The translations under genes were made by a program, and so were the position numbers. Under the pieces are notes generated by a model, which was given only the letters and a program-made list of their open reading frames with translations, had not been told where the DNA came from and did not search any database. Source: a virus (lineage: Duplodnaviria; Caudoviricetes). From it: a stretch of 59,180 bases of DNA. Of this stretch, positions 9,966 through 19,534 are shown piece after piece; within the stretch, counting starts at the first letter, position 1; the number at the start of each line of letters is the position of its first letter. The stretch is taken from IMG/VR virus record IMGVR_UViG_3300007514_000009, positions 1 through 59,180 of that record; one strand, 5' to 3'.

Positions 9966-10286
9966 ATGACAGCATTCGACCAAGCGTGGAGTGTGGTGAA
10001 GCGGGGTCTGCTCGATGATATCCACGGAGAGAGCGTAGTGATGTCGGCACTTTCACCCACTCAAGGAACTGAATTGAAGCCCATACGCACCCGTCATAAG
10101 CGTCATCAACGATTCTCACGCACAGGGAGAGGCAGATCTCCAGACCACATCAAGAGGAGAGAGGGCGGCCCTTCGCTTGGGAATACCAAAGGCCGAGTTT
10201 CGGATATAGGAAAACCCAAAGAAACCGCCGCTGAAGCATCTGTGAAAGCGAAACTAAGGAATGCGGGAGTCGAGGGGTCGAGGTAA
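9966..10286 (+). CDS. Small basic protein with N-terminal MTAFDQAWSVVK motif (putative capsid cargo)
   Basis: The ATG directly abuts the portal stop, with a GGGGTGA SD. The body is Arg/His/Lys-rich. Confidence 0.8.
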   Translation: MTAFDQAWSVVKRGLLDDIHGESVVMSALSPTQGTELKPIRTRHKRHQRFSRTGRGRSPDHIKRREGGPSLGNTKGRVSDIGKPKETAAEASVKAKLRNAGVEGSR

Positions 10287-10306
10287 AGGCTAATGAACGA
10301 TTGACT
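10284..10306 (+). promoter_or_regulatory. Candidate archaeal-type promoter (taaaggCTAATGAAcGATTGac)
   Basis: Intergenic AT-rich box plus GATTG about 37 nt upstream of ATG 10327, similar to the other intergenic elements. Confidence 0.4.
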
Positions 10307-10326
10307 TACAGGGGGGAACGATTACA

Positions 10327-10671
10327 ATGAGCGATGGCTTTGATATACTGGTCAAGATGAATCCAATGGCGAGGCGAGCAATTGCTTGTCTTGAGGCCGT
10401 TGAGAAGGCTACCCTGCTGAATAACCGCGATGATATTGAAAAGAATCTGGAGGTTGCGCGAAACGCCATCTCTATGATGTTTGACGATTTAGGGTTGCAT
10501 GACAATTTAGTCAAGGCTGGTAATCAAAGTCCAACAGATTCGCAAACTGGAATCATAATGAAGTATGATAACACCGAGAGCGACATTAACGCCAATGACA
10601 ATGCAATCGCACTCGGAGTAGTTCGCGCCGGACGGACGAGCAATGTATTCCGTCCTCATGAAGTGTATTGA
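10327..10671 (+). CDS. Hypothetical protein (114 aa), N-terminus MSDGFDILVK
   Basis: ORF in the head cluster with LVKM, LVKA and IMKY sites. Confidence 0.8.
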   Translation: MSDGFDILVKMNPMARRAIACLEAVEKATLLNNRDDIEKNLEVARNAISMMFDDLGLHDNLVKAGNQSPTDSQTGIIMKYDNTESDINANDNAIALGVVRAGRTSNVFRPHEVY

Positions 10672-10681
10672 GGGTGGTTTA

Positions 10682-11170
10682 GTGTCGTATTCAACAAGAG
10701 GTTCGATTTCTGAGCGAATGAGAGCGTTGCGTGTCGATAATGGCGGCCCCATTCGCAAACAAGCACCTATGGCGGGGCCACCACAACCAAGCCCCGCTCA
10801 ACCAATGCCACCAGATCCGGCTATGGCATCAATGCAACAGCAGATGCCAATGAATACCCCCGGCCCCAATGGTATGCAGGGTGCAGGTATGGCTCCTTTA
10901 CTGGCAATAGCCGGTGAAATCGAAGGAATCATGGATGCATCCATAATGACGATGGCATCAGCAGAAGAATTGCTTTCAGTATCTCGTGACGCGGATGCGG
11001 GCGACCTTGCTATGGCTTCTCAGGCATTGCACAGTTTGGAGGGGACACTCAAGCAGATTAAGCACACCGAGTTGGGGATAGTAGCCGAATTATTCCGTAA
11101 GGTGCAAGCAGGAATAGAAAAGAATCAAGCAGAGGGGCAACTTTCGACGCTAATGGGTGGTGGGGTGTAA
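10682..11170 (+). CDS. Hypothetical Met/Pro/Gln-rich helical protein
   Basis: GTG at 10682 follows gagggtgg and is in frame with the track ORF at 10643. TAATG overlap with the next gene. Confidence 0.7.
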   Translation: MSYSTRGSISERMRALRVDNGGPIRKQAPMAGPPQPSPAQPMPPDPAMASMQQQMPMNTPGPNGMQGAGMAPLLAIAGEIEGIMDASIMTMASAEELLSVSRDADAGDLAMASQALHSLEGTLKQIKHTELGIVAELFRKVQAGIEKNQAEGQLSTLMGGGV

Positions 11171-11490
11171 TGACTGACGATACTCAACAAGCGATGGAAC
11201 TTGTGAAAGAAGTGCTTGCAGAACTCAAAACCGTCAAAGGGCGGGTTGAGCAACTTGAAGCGGAGAACCTCAGATTGACAAAGGCCGTTGAGGATCCACA
11301 GATAATGATGCAAAAGCAGGGCTGGATGAAGTTCGTCACCCCTCATGCTGATGAAACATTCGATCCACTCAACCGCGATGCCGATGTAGGCGGCACAGGG
11401 CCGTTTTCAGGCAGTGGAGATATAATCGCTAAATCACGCTTCGATGAGTTGCAGGAGTGGGAAGATGCTGAAAGGGAGATGAGAGGATGA
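11170..11490 (+). CDS. Coiled-coil protein (106 aa)
   Basis: Heptad pattern LVKEVLAELKTVKGRVEQLEAENLRL; translationally coupled at both ends. Confidence 0.8.
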   Translation: MTDDTQQAMELVKEVLAELKTVKGRVEQLEAENLRLTKAVEDPQIMMQKQGWMKFVTPHADETFDPLNRDADVGGTGPFSGSGDIIAKSRFDELQEWEDAEREMRG

Positions 11491-12101
11491 CGATGAAGTT
11501 CTCTGACCCTCTGACGGAAACCCCTGAAGGGAGGCTTCTCGCTATCAGCAGAGGCTTACTGAAGGCTGTTGAGAAGAATACTAATTGTATGCACAAAGCA
11601 GGTAAGACCTGTAAGAACTGCTACAAATCAGACCGAGGAGATGGCCCCAAACCGAAGTTGCCCAGTCCGAAGGGGAATAAGAATAAACTCAAGTCCGATG
11701 CAACAAGCGAGTTCCTAAGAGAACGCGGCATCATTGCGAAGTATGAGCAGGAGCATTCTGTGGATAACCAAGTGCCTCAATTCATGGAGATTTCAGGGCA
11801 AACAGAGATTAGAGCGGCAGGATACACTACCAATCAACGACTCCCCCACATAGGAGAGGGCAACGCTCTCAAACCTATTAGTGAAGTTGCTAAGATGCCC
11901 AAAGTATCCCAAACTGGGTATGATGCAAAGGGTTCTTCGCTTCATATGCACATGAATGATGGAAGCAATGGCGTTCTTGATGATAATCGCGCCCCCATTG
12001 AGGAATCATTGGCTGAATTGAGGGTAATGAAAGCGGGCGGTCAATTAGGCATTGTTGAGGAAATTGCGGGGTTGGTCGAAGAAGTCTATACCCGCCTATG
12101 A
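11487..12101 (+). CDS. Hypothetical protein (204 aa) with a short C/H metal-binding insert
   Basis: ATGA overlap; CMHKAGKTCKNC; LLKA, IAKY and VMKA sites. Confidence 0.8.
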   Translation: MTMKFSDPLTETPEGRLLAISRGLLKAVEKNTNCMHKAGKTCKNCYKSDRGDGPKPKLPSPKGNKNKLKSDATSEFLRERGIIAKYEQEHSVDNQVPQFMEISGQTEIRAAGYTTNQRLPHIGEGNALKPISEVAKMPKVSQTGYDAKGSSLHMHMNDGSNGVLDDNRAPIEESLAELRVMKAGGQLGIVEEIAGLVEEVYTRL

Positions 12102-12110
12102 GGTGGGAAT

Positions 12111-15100
12111 ATGGCTGAAGATCTCCCAAGAAACCGCACGGATGTCGTCCTATCATGCATAATTGGGCTTGAACCCCCTGTCGTTAGGTATCTCGATTCG
12201 CTGAATGGCCAGCCATTCACTAAGGCTGACATGGCCGCATTGGCCTCTGCTTCTGGCGTTGCGCCATATTCAATGAGGGACTTGAACGAGCCTATCCCTC
12301 CTTCGGAGATGGTTATCCCTCAAGATTTCCAATCATACCTTGCAGGACATAGCAGGATTTCCACATCATATTCTAACGATTGGCCGATGGCCGATGGGAG
12401 TAATCGCTTTGGCGAGCATCATCCGTTTGGGATGGCTTCTAATTGCTGCCCACTTCTTCATGGAGCGGCTCATGGAGAACCAGAGTATATTCCGCTCCTA
12501 TTCGATTTCATTGGAGAGGCTGCTGAACAGCACCGGGACGCCGAGCGGCAGAATAAGTTGCATCATGATGAGACTTCGCTTTACGGGCAGCCTACCGAAT
12601 CAATGCTCGATCTGTATAAGCGAGGCAGGGAGCAAAGCGGATATGGCGATGACGATGAATGGGAGGCTGCTAAAACCGATGAATTAACTCATAGATTCGG
12701 TTTATTGCCCTATTTGTTTGGTTTGGAATGGAATACAGAGGAGCAAAGGGATGCGTTTTTCGACATCATTGGGACGATGGCCTCATCGGAAAAGGCCGAT
12801 TCTCCCAATGCGAGAAAGGCGATGAATGATATTCAGCGAAAAACAGGCATTACATGGGATAGGGCATTGCGTAGTTGGAGAGATAGATTCACTCCGATGA
12901 AGGCATGGTGGATGCGGCCGAGCGACCAACACGGCCCCACTTCATCAGGAGATAACTCGATTACATCACCATATGTTGAGGGTGAAAAAGGGCATAATCA
13001 CCATTGGTGGGAGCCATTTCAGGCATGGGGTGGTGTCGGCAGAGATAGCGAATCATTGTATTCTTTGTTATCACAATCCTATCCCAAGATATTCAATGAC
13101 GGTTGGTTAGGTCGTTTTCTAACTGACGGGGTTGAGATAGAGGGGCCGCATATGCTCAGTGGTTCTCATTTTCCGGCCACTAATTCTAATTCCGGCTATG
13201 AATCGACCCTTACCAGACCATCGACAAATCTTGACTTTGAACGGCGGCAATCGAACTGGCGGCACGTCGCCAATGGGCATCAAAATCATCCATCGAATCC
13301 CCAAGAAGGTATGATGAATATCCCTGCGGATGCTTTGCAGATGAGTAAATTGGGGCGTAATATCGCATCAATTTCGGAAATGGGGACTCCGCGAAGCGGC
13401 CGTTTGCGCGAGAACCACCCTAATTCACAACAAGAATATCACGATCTTCACAACCGCCACTACTTGAACACTGATGAAGCACTGATGGGGCTTGTCGGAG
13501 AAATGGCCAGTAAGATTGGAAAGGAACATGGAATTGAGCATTTGGTATCGAATGGCACGGACATCAACCAAAACACCGTTGCTGCGGGCAATCGCGCTCA
13601 GTTAGCCGCCGCCGCCAATTATCGTTTGATGCGAAAGAAAGGGATTTCGCCTAAGAGCATCGACATACCGATGGTGAGTGGTAAGGGCGGTCTAACGACG
13701 GAAGCGGGCAAGTTTGGCCCGGTTCATCCCACATCAGAAGCCATAGCCCCCCCTATATTCAATACAGGCAATACCGATGCATGGAGTCATGATATGCCCG
13801 CTACGCTCGCATGGAGGTGGGATAGAGATTTAGATGATGTATCATTCTCAGTCAAAGATGAACCATTCACAATAGCCCAGAGAACACCTCATGCTGGTTT
13901 CCATTCAAAGATAGACCCTTCATTTGCGACTAAGCAAGTGACTAACAAGCAACGGGAAATCAACGCCCTGTCCAATCACCCGTATGGATACTCATCCTTA
14001 TCTTTCGATTTACACAAATCCGATGATGATTATGAGCCAACAGGGGTGTTTGAATCCCTCATTGAACCGGGACATATCCTACGGGATCTTGATGATATTG
14101 ATGGGTTGAAGGGCTTTAGCGGAGAATGGGTGGTTCAAAAGAAGCCCAAAGGAAAGCACGTTCTCGTCAAGAAATCTGGGAAAAGCATTGAACCGATGAG
14201 TCTGCCCAGTAAAGTGAAGAAATCACTCAAAGATAGCATCAAGGGCGATATGATAATCGACGGCTATGTCGATGGAGATGTCCTCACAGTTGTTGATTTA
14301 TTGGTGCATAAGGACACGGATATGCACATGGAACCACTATCAGATAGGGTCGATGTTTTGAGGACATTGTATCAAAGCACAGACAATGTGCATTTTCCAT
14401 CGCCCATTTCATGCGTTAGCACGGACGAAGAAGGGCTAATCAAGACAATAGCCAATTTCGATAGAGATAACCTATTGATTCGTGATGCCCATTCGACATT
14501 CATGAAAGGCAAAGAGGTTCATCCTAAATGGATACTATACGCGCAAGATGATATTAGCAAACAAATCCCACTCCCTCCATTACCCGAACTTAGCATACGA
14601 GGCTCAGAGATCATATTGGAATATCCTTCAATCTATCAACCAGTGGTGGTTAAGACAGAAATGGATGCGATAGGAATGTTTGTTTCGGGATACGAGGGGT
14701 TGCCCCATCTTGTCAAACAGGCACAGACTCAATTCGGGATATGGAGTCCCGTAGCGGCTCTTTTCATGAAAGAAGGTGCTGCCGGAGGTGCTACTGGTGC
14801 ATTTACATCGGGCGATGTAGGGGGTGGTTCAAAGGCACTCCATTCTATTCCGTCTGCCAGAAAGCGACCAGTAAAGCGAAAATCGCTCGACAAAGCCCCA
14901 GAGGTTGTCACGGAAGGAGAAGGCGATGATGACGATATTGTATCCGCTATCATGAGAAGGGCGCGAAAAGCAATCACTGATGATGATAAGGCTTTGACTG
15001 AGGAAGATTTGTTGTCAAGTGTTGATGGTTTGAGGGCTGAACATCTGAAGCGTTTTGCTGGTGAATATGGCCTTGAACAGACTGAAGATGGTCTATGGAC

Positions 15101-15482
15101 AGTTAATGAGGCCATAGATGATGATGTAGTTGAAATGCCGGATGAAATCGAGAAGTTTGCATTTCCGCGTATGAATCGCGCTTCGCCCGATGGAGGAGCG
15201 TGGTCGGGAATGCAAGCAGATATCACAATGCCCACTGGCCCGACGGAGATTACTGATGAGGAGAATACTACTTTTGGCGATCCGCGACAAGGAGAGGAAC
15301 AGGCGGATGCCACTGAATTATTCAAACCAATGCAGATTCGTATTCAAACTGAGGATGGCGATGCCATTCTTGAAGTGAATGAAAATCGTGCAATTGTGCG
15401 CTTTCCGCGTAAAGAGAAAGGGTTTGAGGAAAACGAGAAGGATGTCGAACCCGCTATTCGGGATGATGATGCGTTGTTATGA
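12111..15482 (+). CDS. Large head-region protein (1123 aa) containing a degenerate ATP-dependent ligase (adenylation)-like domain
   Basis: GAGGTG SD. Segment ~14066-14545 shows a ligase-like motif order: WVVQKKPKG (I), IIDGY (III), VVDLL (IIIa), PLSDRVDVL, NLLIRD (IV), HPKW (V). Confidence 0.8.
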   Translation: MAEDLPRNRTDVVLSCIIGLEPPVVRYLDSLNGQPFTKADMAALASASGVAPYSMRDLNEPIPPSEMVIPQDFQSYLAGHSRISTSYSNDWPMADGSNRFGEHHPFGMASNCCPLLHGAAHGEPEYIPLLFDFIGEAAEQHRDAERQNKLHHDETSLYGQPTESMLDLYKRGREQSGYGDDDEWEAAKTDELTHRFGLLPYLFGLEWNTEEQRDAFFDIIGTMASSEKADSPNARKAMNDIQRKTGITWDRALRSWRDRFTPMKAWWMRPSDQHGPTSSGDNSITSPYVEGEKGHNHHWWEPFQAWGGVGRDSESLYSLLSQSYPKIFNDGWLGRFLTDGVEIEGPHMLSGSHFPATNSNSGYESTLTRPSTNLDFERRQSNWRHVANGHQNHPSNPQEGMMNIPADALQMSKLGRNIASISEMGTPRSGRLRENHPNSQQEYHDLHNRHYLNTDEALMGLVGEMASKIGKEHGIEHLVSNGTDINQNTVAAGNRAQLAAAANYRLMRKKGISPKSIDIPMVSGKGGLTTEAGKFGPVHPTSEAIAPPIFNTGNTDAWSHDMPATLAWRWDRDLDDVSFSVKDEPFTIAQRTPHAGFHSKIDPSFATKQVTNKQREINALSNHPYGYSSLSFDLHKSDDDYEPTGVFESLIEPGHILRDLDDIDGLKGFSGEWVVQKKPKGKHVLVKKSGKSIEPMSLPSKVKKSLKDSIKGDMIIDGYVDGDVLTVVDLLVHKDTDMHMEPLSDRVDVLRTLYQSTDNVHFPSPISCVSTDEEGLIKTIANFDRDNLLIRDAHSTFMKGKEVHPKWILYAQDDISKQIPLPPLPELSIRGSEIILEYPSIYQPVVVKTEMDAIGMFVSGYEGLPHLVKQAQTQFGIWSPVAALFMKEGAAGGATGAFTSGDVGGGSKALHSIPSARKRPVKRKSLDKAPEVVTEGEGDDDDIVSAIMRRARKAITDDDKALTEEDLLSSVDGLRAEHLKRFAGEYGLEQTEDGLWTVNEAIDDDVVEMPDEIEKFAFPRMNRASPDGGAWSGMQADITMPTGPTEITDEENTTFGDPRQGEEQADATELFKPMQIRIQTEDGDAILEVNENRAIVRFPRKEKGFEENEKDVEPAIRDDDALL

Positions 15483-15499
15483 CTGACAGGGCTATCATG

Positions 15500-15522
15500 A
15501 GGTCATTCATATAGGATTGGAC
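15500..15522 (+). promoter_or_regulatory. Candidate TATA-box promoter (TTCATATAGGATTGG) for the protease-MCP operon
   Basis: TTCATATA at 15506-15513, 33 nt before ATG 15539, with no SD (leaderless-type). Confidence 0.55.
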
Positions 15523-15538
15523 TGAAACGTGCTGTTCA

Positions 15539-16918
15539 ATGGCTACGGCACAGATGCTCCAACCCTCCATTAGTTGGTCTGCTTTCGGTTCTGATTTCAT
15601 CTTGAAGCAGGATGCAGATGGCGATTTGTATGTAGCCGGATACGCAAGCGTGGATATGGTGGATAAGCAGGGAGACAGGATCCCTTCAGCCGCATTGAAA
15701 AAGGCATTCAATAGTTTCATGAATAACAAGGCGTATAGAAACGTGCAACTCGCGCACAGTGGAATACAAGTGGGTGAAGTTGTTGATTCCTATTCAGATT
15801 CACAAGGTCGTGTATGGAAATCCGAAGTGGATGACATGGGCCTATTCGTCGTATGCAAGATACGCAGCGACATTCAGAAAGCACGAGAAGTGCAAAAGCA
15901 GGTGCGCGACGGAGAACTCCGCGCCTTTTCAATTGGCGGACAGGCATTGTTCCGCGTCACAAAAACCACTCCCGAATTAGGAACCCACCGTGAGATCACC
16001 GACCTTGAGTTGCATGAAATCACCCTTTGTAAGAAGGGCATCAACCCAGAGGCGCGATACACAATCCTAAAGATGGACGAAACTGAAGAAGTGAGCAAAA
16101 TGACAGACAGCGAAGCATTGACTGAAATAAGAGATAATCTGGCCGATGTGCTAAAGGCACTCGACAAGAACGAGGAAAAGACTGAGGAGAAGTCCGAGGA
16201 GAAGTCCGAAGAAAAGACTGAGGAGAAGTCCGATACCGAGAAGTCGCACGATGATGGTGCGGTTGCTTACATCGACACTCTTGAGAAGTTCGCACACGAG
16301 CAGGGAGTTAATCTCGATGCTGTTCGCGCACACTTCGGATTGGAGAAGGCATACCTGCAAGAAGGCAGTGGTGGCTACTCGCACCGTGGAATGGGCGACG
16401 AGGTTGGAAGTGGCGAAAGCGCATCCGAGCCTACATACCCATCACTATCGGCTCCCGGTGGCAACAAGTATGTCATCAAGCAACCCGGTGTAGGCAATAT
16501 GGCTTACAACGGGCCAAAGGGCAACAAGAATGTCATCAAGGCCGATGAAATCACACCAGAAGGACTGGAGCGTGGCTACCGTGCATACGCTTCCATCCGC
16601 GATGAGGACGCATTGAAGGCTCTTGTCAAGCAAGACTGGGAGAATCGCTACGACGCTGAGACTGCTCAAGCACTTGAAGTCCAGAAGGCAAACGATTACT
16701 CCGGTCAGATTGCGGCACTAAAGGCTGAATTGGCCAGTGTCAAAACTGAGTCCGCTGAAATCCAGAAGTCTGCATCACCCGCAGTAAGTGACATACGCAT
16801 TCCAAGCCACGACGAGTTCGCCGCAATGGGGACTGGTCTTGATGGATGGAGAGCCACAGAGGAGTTGGCTCGCCGCGCTCTAAGGGGCGACGACCCGGAG
16901 GTCGCAAACCGAGGCTAA
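15539..16918 (+). CDS. Prohead maturation protease (HK97/herpes-like fold) fused to a C-terminal scaffold
   Basis: VAGYASV..VDKQGD, LAH (catalytic His), RAFSIGG (catalytic Ser), LHEITL...INPEA. The C-terminus is acidic and coiled-coil. The gene sits immediately upstream of the MCP. Confidence 0.92.
   Translation: MATAQMLQPSISWSAFGSDFILKQDADGDLYVAGYASVDMVDKQGDRIPSAALKKAFNSFMNNKAYRNVQLAHSGIQVGEVVDSYSDSQGRVWKSEVDDMGLFVVCKIRSDIQKAREVQKQVRDGELRAFSIGGQALFRVTKTTPELGTHREITDLELHEITLCKKGINPEARYTILKMDETEEVSKMTDSEALTEIRDNLADVLKALDKNEEKTEEKSEEKSEEKTEEKSDTEKSHDDGAVAYIDTLEKFAHEQGVNLDAVRAHFGLEKAYLQEGSGGYSHRGMGDEVGSGESASEPTYPSLSAPGGNKYVIKQPGVGNMAYNGPKGNKNVIKADEITPEGLERGYRAYASIRDEDALKALVKQDWENRYDAETAQALEVQKANDYSGQIAALKAELASVKTESAEIQKSASPAVSDIRIPSHDEFAAMGTGLDGWRATEELARRALRGDDPEVANRG
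16172..16246 (+). repeat. 12-bp tandem repeat encoding EEK(T/S)
   Basis: gaggaaaagact gaggagaagtcc gaggagaagtcc gaagaaaagact gaggagaagtcc. Confidence 0.85.
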
Positions 16919-16956
16919 TCGCTTCGTGGAAATGGAGATAACAGGAGGAAATAGAA

Positions 16957-18117
16957 ATGAGTGGATCAAGAGGATACATCAGGACAATAGAGGACATGGA
17001 GAGGCTATACTACGGTGCGGGCGCAGGTGCGAACGCATGGGCTTACTCTGGAACAGACTTGCTAAAGGCTGACTCGCCATTGGTAAGTAGCACAACAGGA
17101 ACCTACCAAGCGATCTTTGGACGCAAAGTATGGTCACAACTCAATCAGGAGTTCAATGCATTTAGCATACTCCCCAAGAAGCCGTGGGAGAAGTCTGGAT
17201 GGAGGGTCGTCACCGACAAGCCTGACAGGGCAAAGGGTGGCGGTGTTGCTGAGAATGCAACCCTACCAGAATCGACCAAGCCGACCTTCGCAGAGGTCAG
17301 CACCAAGCCTAAGACCGTGGCTCACACCTTCGACCTAAGCGAGACAGCAATGTTCCTCGCCGACAAGGACGACGGACTTGGAGATGCAAGAGCAGTAATG
17401 AAGATGGAGATGGCAAAGCACCACGCCGAGCATATCAACGTCATGCTCTTGCAGGATCTCGATACCCCCGCAGGGAACAACTACGAATCCCTCGACAGGT
17501 GTCTTTCATCGGCTTTCGTTGAGACAGCCTCCTTTGGAGATGTCAGCGCAATAACCGATCACAACCAATACAACATCACCCGCTCCACTGGTTCAGCACG
17601 TCAGTGGTATGATTCCAACGTGGATGCAGGTTCGACTGGGACAGAGAGAGCATTGAGCCTCAATGTCATGGACGGAATGTTCCGAAGCGTTTGGGAGCGT
17701 GGTGGTCAGCCAAAGGTCATCCTAACTGGCTACGACACACTGGAGAAGGTTCAGCAACTACTCCAGCCACAGCAGAGATTCACTGAGATGAAGCGCGTCG
17801 TTCCCGGCGTGAATGGAGTCAAGGGTGTTCCGGGTATGGAGGCGGGCTTCGTGGTCGCTACCTACAACGGCGTCCCACTAATTCCATCGAAGGATGTCCA
17901 TGCCGAATCCGGCGGACTATCCCGAATGTATTACATCGACTCTGATTACCTATACTTCTCGACAGCCAAGCCTACACTATACCACGAGTCGGGCATTGAA
18001 ACCGGAGATCCTTTCGGAATCAACAGACTCGGACAGATGGGTATGTTCCACACAATGGGCGAACTATGGCAACTGTTCTATGGAGCGCATGGCAAAGTGA
18101 GGGACTTGAGTGCCTGA
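16957..18117 (+). CDS. Major capsid protein (HK97 fold), magrovirus-like
   Basis: 386 aa, following the protease, with a strong AGGAGG SD. E-loop-like GGVAENATLPESTKPTF and C-terminal YNGVPLIPSKD...MYYIDSDY...TMGEL. The sequence pattern is recognised as an archaeal tailed-virus MCP. Confidence 0.93.
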   Translation: MSGSRGYIRTIEDMERLYYGAGAGANAWAYSGTDLLKADSPLVSSTTGTYQAIFGRKVWSQLNQEFNAFSILPKKPWEKSGWRVVTDKPDRAKGGGVAENATLPESTKPTFAEVSTKPKTVAHTFDLSETAMFLADKDDGLGDARAVMKMEMAKHHAEHINVMLLQDLDTPAGNNYESLDRCLSSAFVETASFGDVSAITDHNQYNITRSTGSARQWYDSNVDAGSTGTERALSLNVMDGMFRSVWERGGQPKVILTGYDTLEKVQQLLQPQQRFTEMKRVVPGVNGVKGVPGMEAGFVVATYNGVPLIPSKDVHAESGGLSRMYYIDSDYLYFSTAKPTLYHESGIETGDPFGINRLGQMGMFHTMGELWQLFYGAHGKVRDLSA

Positions 18118-18153
18118 TATTCGGATCGAGAGGAAAATAAGGAGGAATAAGAA

Positions 18154-18531
18154 ATGGCAAACACAAACCTGACAGGAAATGGAACAATAGTCTTTGACAG
18201 TCGCCTTTGGGGCGGAACAAGCGAGGACGATACAGCATGGCTACAAAGCCCAATCGGAAGCAACAGCGCGACAGGGACAATCAGTCTCGGTATCGTTGAT
18301 GTAGTAGTGACTGACGGAGATGCGGCTCTCGCATACGACTTGGCACTATCGACTAACGCAATTGTCGGAGCAGAACTCATAGGCATACTAAGCGCACACA
18401 ACATCACAACCGCGGCAGGAAACGCCTTCACAGTTGCAGGAAATGTATCAACGACTACTTTGCTCAAACTGACACCGGCTTCCGGCGGTCAGGATGGCGA
18501 CACAGTTAGGATCACATTCCTATACCGATGA
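18154..18531 (+). CDS. Putative capsid decoration/minor capsid protein (125 aa, beta-rich)
   Basis: Directly after the MCP with a strong AGGAGG SD; Thr/Gly/Ala-rich, beta-strand pattern. Confidence 0.7.
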   Translation: MANTNLTGNGTIVFDSRLWGGTSEDDTAWLQSPIGSNSATGTISLGIVDVVVTDGDAALAYDLALSTNAIVGAELIGILSAHNITTAAGNAFTVAGNVSTTTLLKLTPASGGQDGDTVRITFLYR

Positions 18532-18542
18532 GGTAGGCCAAG

Positions 18543-19010
18543 ATGGCTCTAAGGCTTCGGTATATTGGCGCAAGACCCTACACCGAGTTTATGGTGAATG
18601 GAGTAATGGTCGGCTTTTCGCGTGGTATGGAACGCGATGACATTGATGACGATTGGATCAGGGAGCAGATAATCCCGGCAATCGCTAATGGCGTAAAGAT
18701 GTGGGAGGTCGATGACCTTTCATCTCAAGCAATGGCTTCGGTTCTGGTTGAACCTGAGCCAGAGCCTGAACCTGCCGCGATTGTCGTGCCAGAGCCAGCA
18801 GTTAGCGAGATAGTCGAGGAAGTCGAGGAAGTCGAGGAAACAGTCGCCACTTCAGGCGATGTTCTCCTTGATGGCGGTTTTGACCAATCAATGACACGGG
18901 CGCAAATGATGTCTTGGTGTTCAGAGCGAGGGATATCCGTGCAAAATACTGATACCAAAGCATCATTGACTGATAAGGCCCGTGAGTTTATCACGGGGGC
19001 TTCTGAGTGA
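18543..19010 (+). CDS. Protein with an acidic EP linker and a C-terminal HeH/Rho-N/LEM-like domain
   Basis: C-terminal SMTRAQMMSWCSERGI...TKASLTDKA fits the helix-extension-helix pattern. Confidence 0.75.
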   Translation: MALRLRYIGARPYTEFMVNGVMVGFSRGMERDDIDDDWIREQIIPAIANGVKMWEVDDLSSQAMASVLVEPEPEPEPAAIVVPEPAVSEIVEEVEEVEETVATSGDVLLDGGFDQSMTRAQMMSWCSERGISVQNTDTKASLTDKAREFITGASE

Positions 19011-19534
19011 CCGACTCATACAACGACATAGATGATGGCGTAGGCCGTTATGCAAGTCGCACTCGCATCAATCGCAGAATCCTAACTCTGTCCGCAGATG
19101 GCACTAATTCCCTCAATGGGACATTAGACCTCAATGGTAAAATCGGGCGGATAGTGCTTGATTGTTCAAGAGTGACTTGCGGTTCCAATACAGCAACTGG
19201 CGGATCGCTCAAGATTACAATGGATGTCGAGGATACGGGCGGAACAGAATACCCTTACTGCGATACAATAGCGGGGCTTGATGTAAGAACGGCAAGCAAT
19301 ACACCATTGAACTTTCAAACATCAGAAGGCGGCAACATGAATGCCGATGGAGGGGCTACAAGTGGAGTTCATTTCACAGTATCTGCCCCTGCTAATTCAA
19401 CTACTGGTGGCGTGACGATTGATGAGGCCGCATCGTGGAATGGGCTTGTCTGTGGGCAGGTGAGATTTACGGTTGCGACCTCAAATAGCACATTTTCGGC
19501 TGGTTCAATCAGACTCATCATTATTCATGAATAA
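19007..19534 (+). CDS. Beta-rich putative virion structural protein (175 aa)
   Basis: GTGA overlap; Gly/Thr/Ser-rich, jelly-roll-like alternating pattern. Confidence 0.7.
   Translation: MTDSYNDIDDGVGRYASRTRINRRILTLSADGTNSLNGTLDLNGKIGRIVLDCSRVTCGSNTATGGSLKITMDVEDTGGTEYPYCDTIAGLDVRTASNTPLNFQTSEGGNMNADGGATSGVHFTVSAPANSTTGGVTIDEAASWNGLVCGQVRFTVATSNSTFSAGSIRLIIIHE

Noticed and set aside
12111-15482. Functional replicative DNA ligase
   Set aside because: KxDG, DGE, EG and KxK residues are altered and no OB domain is evident, so it is reported only as a ligase-like fold.
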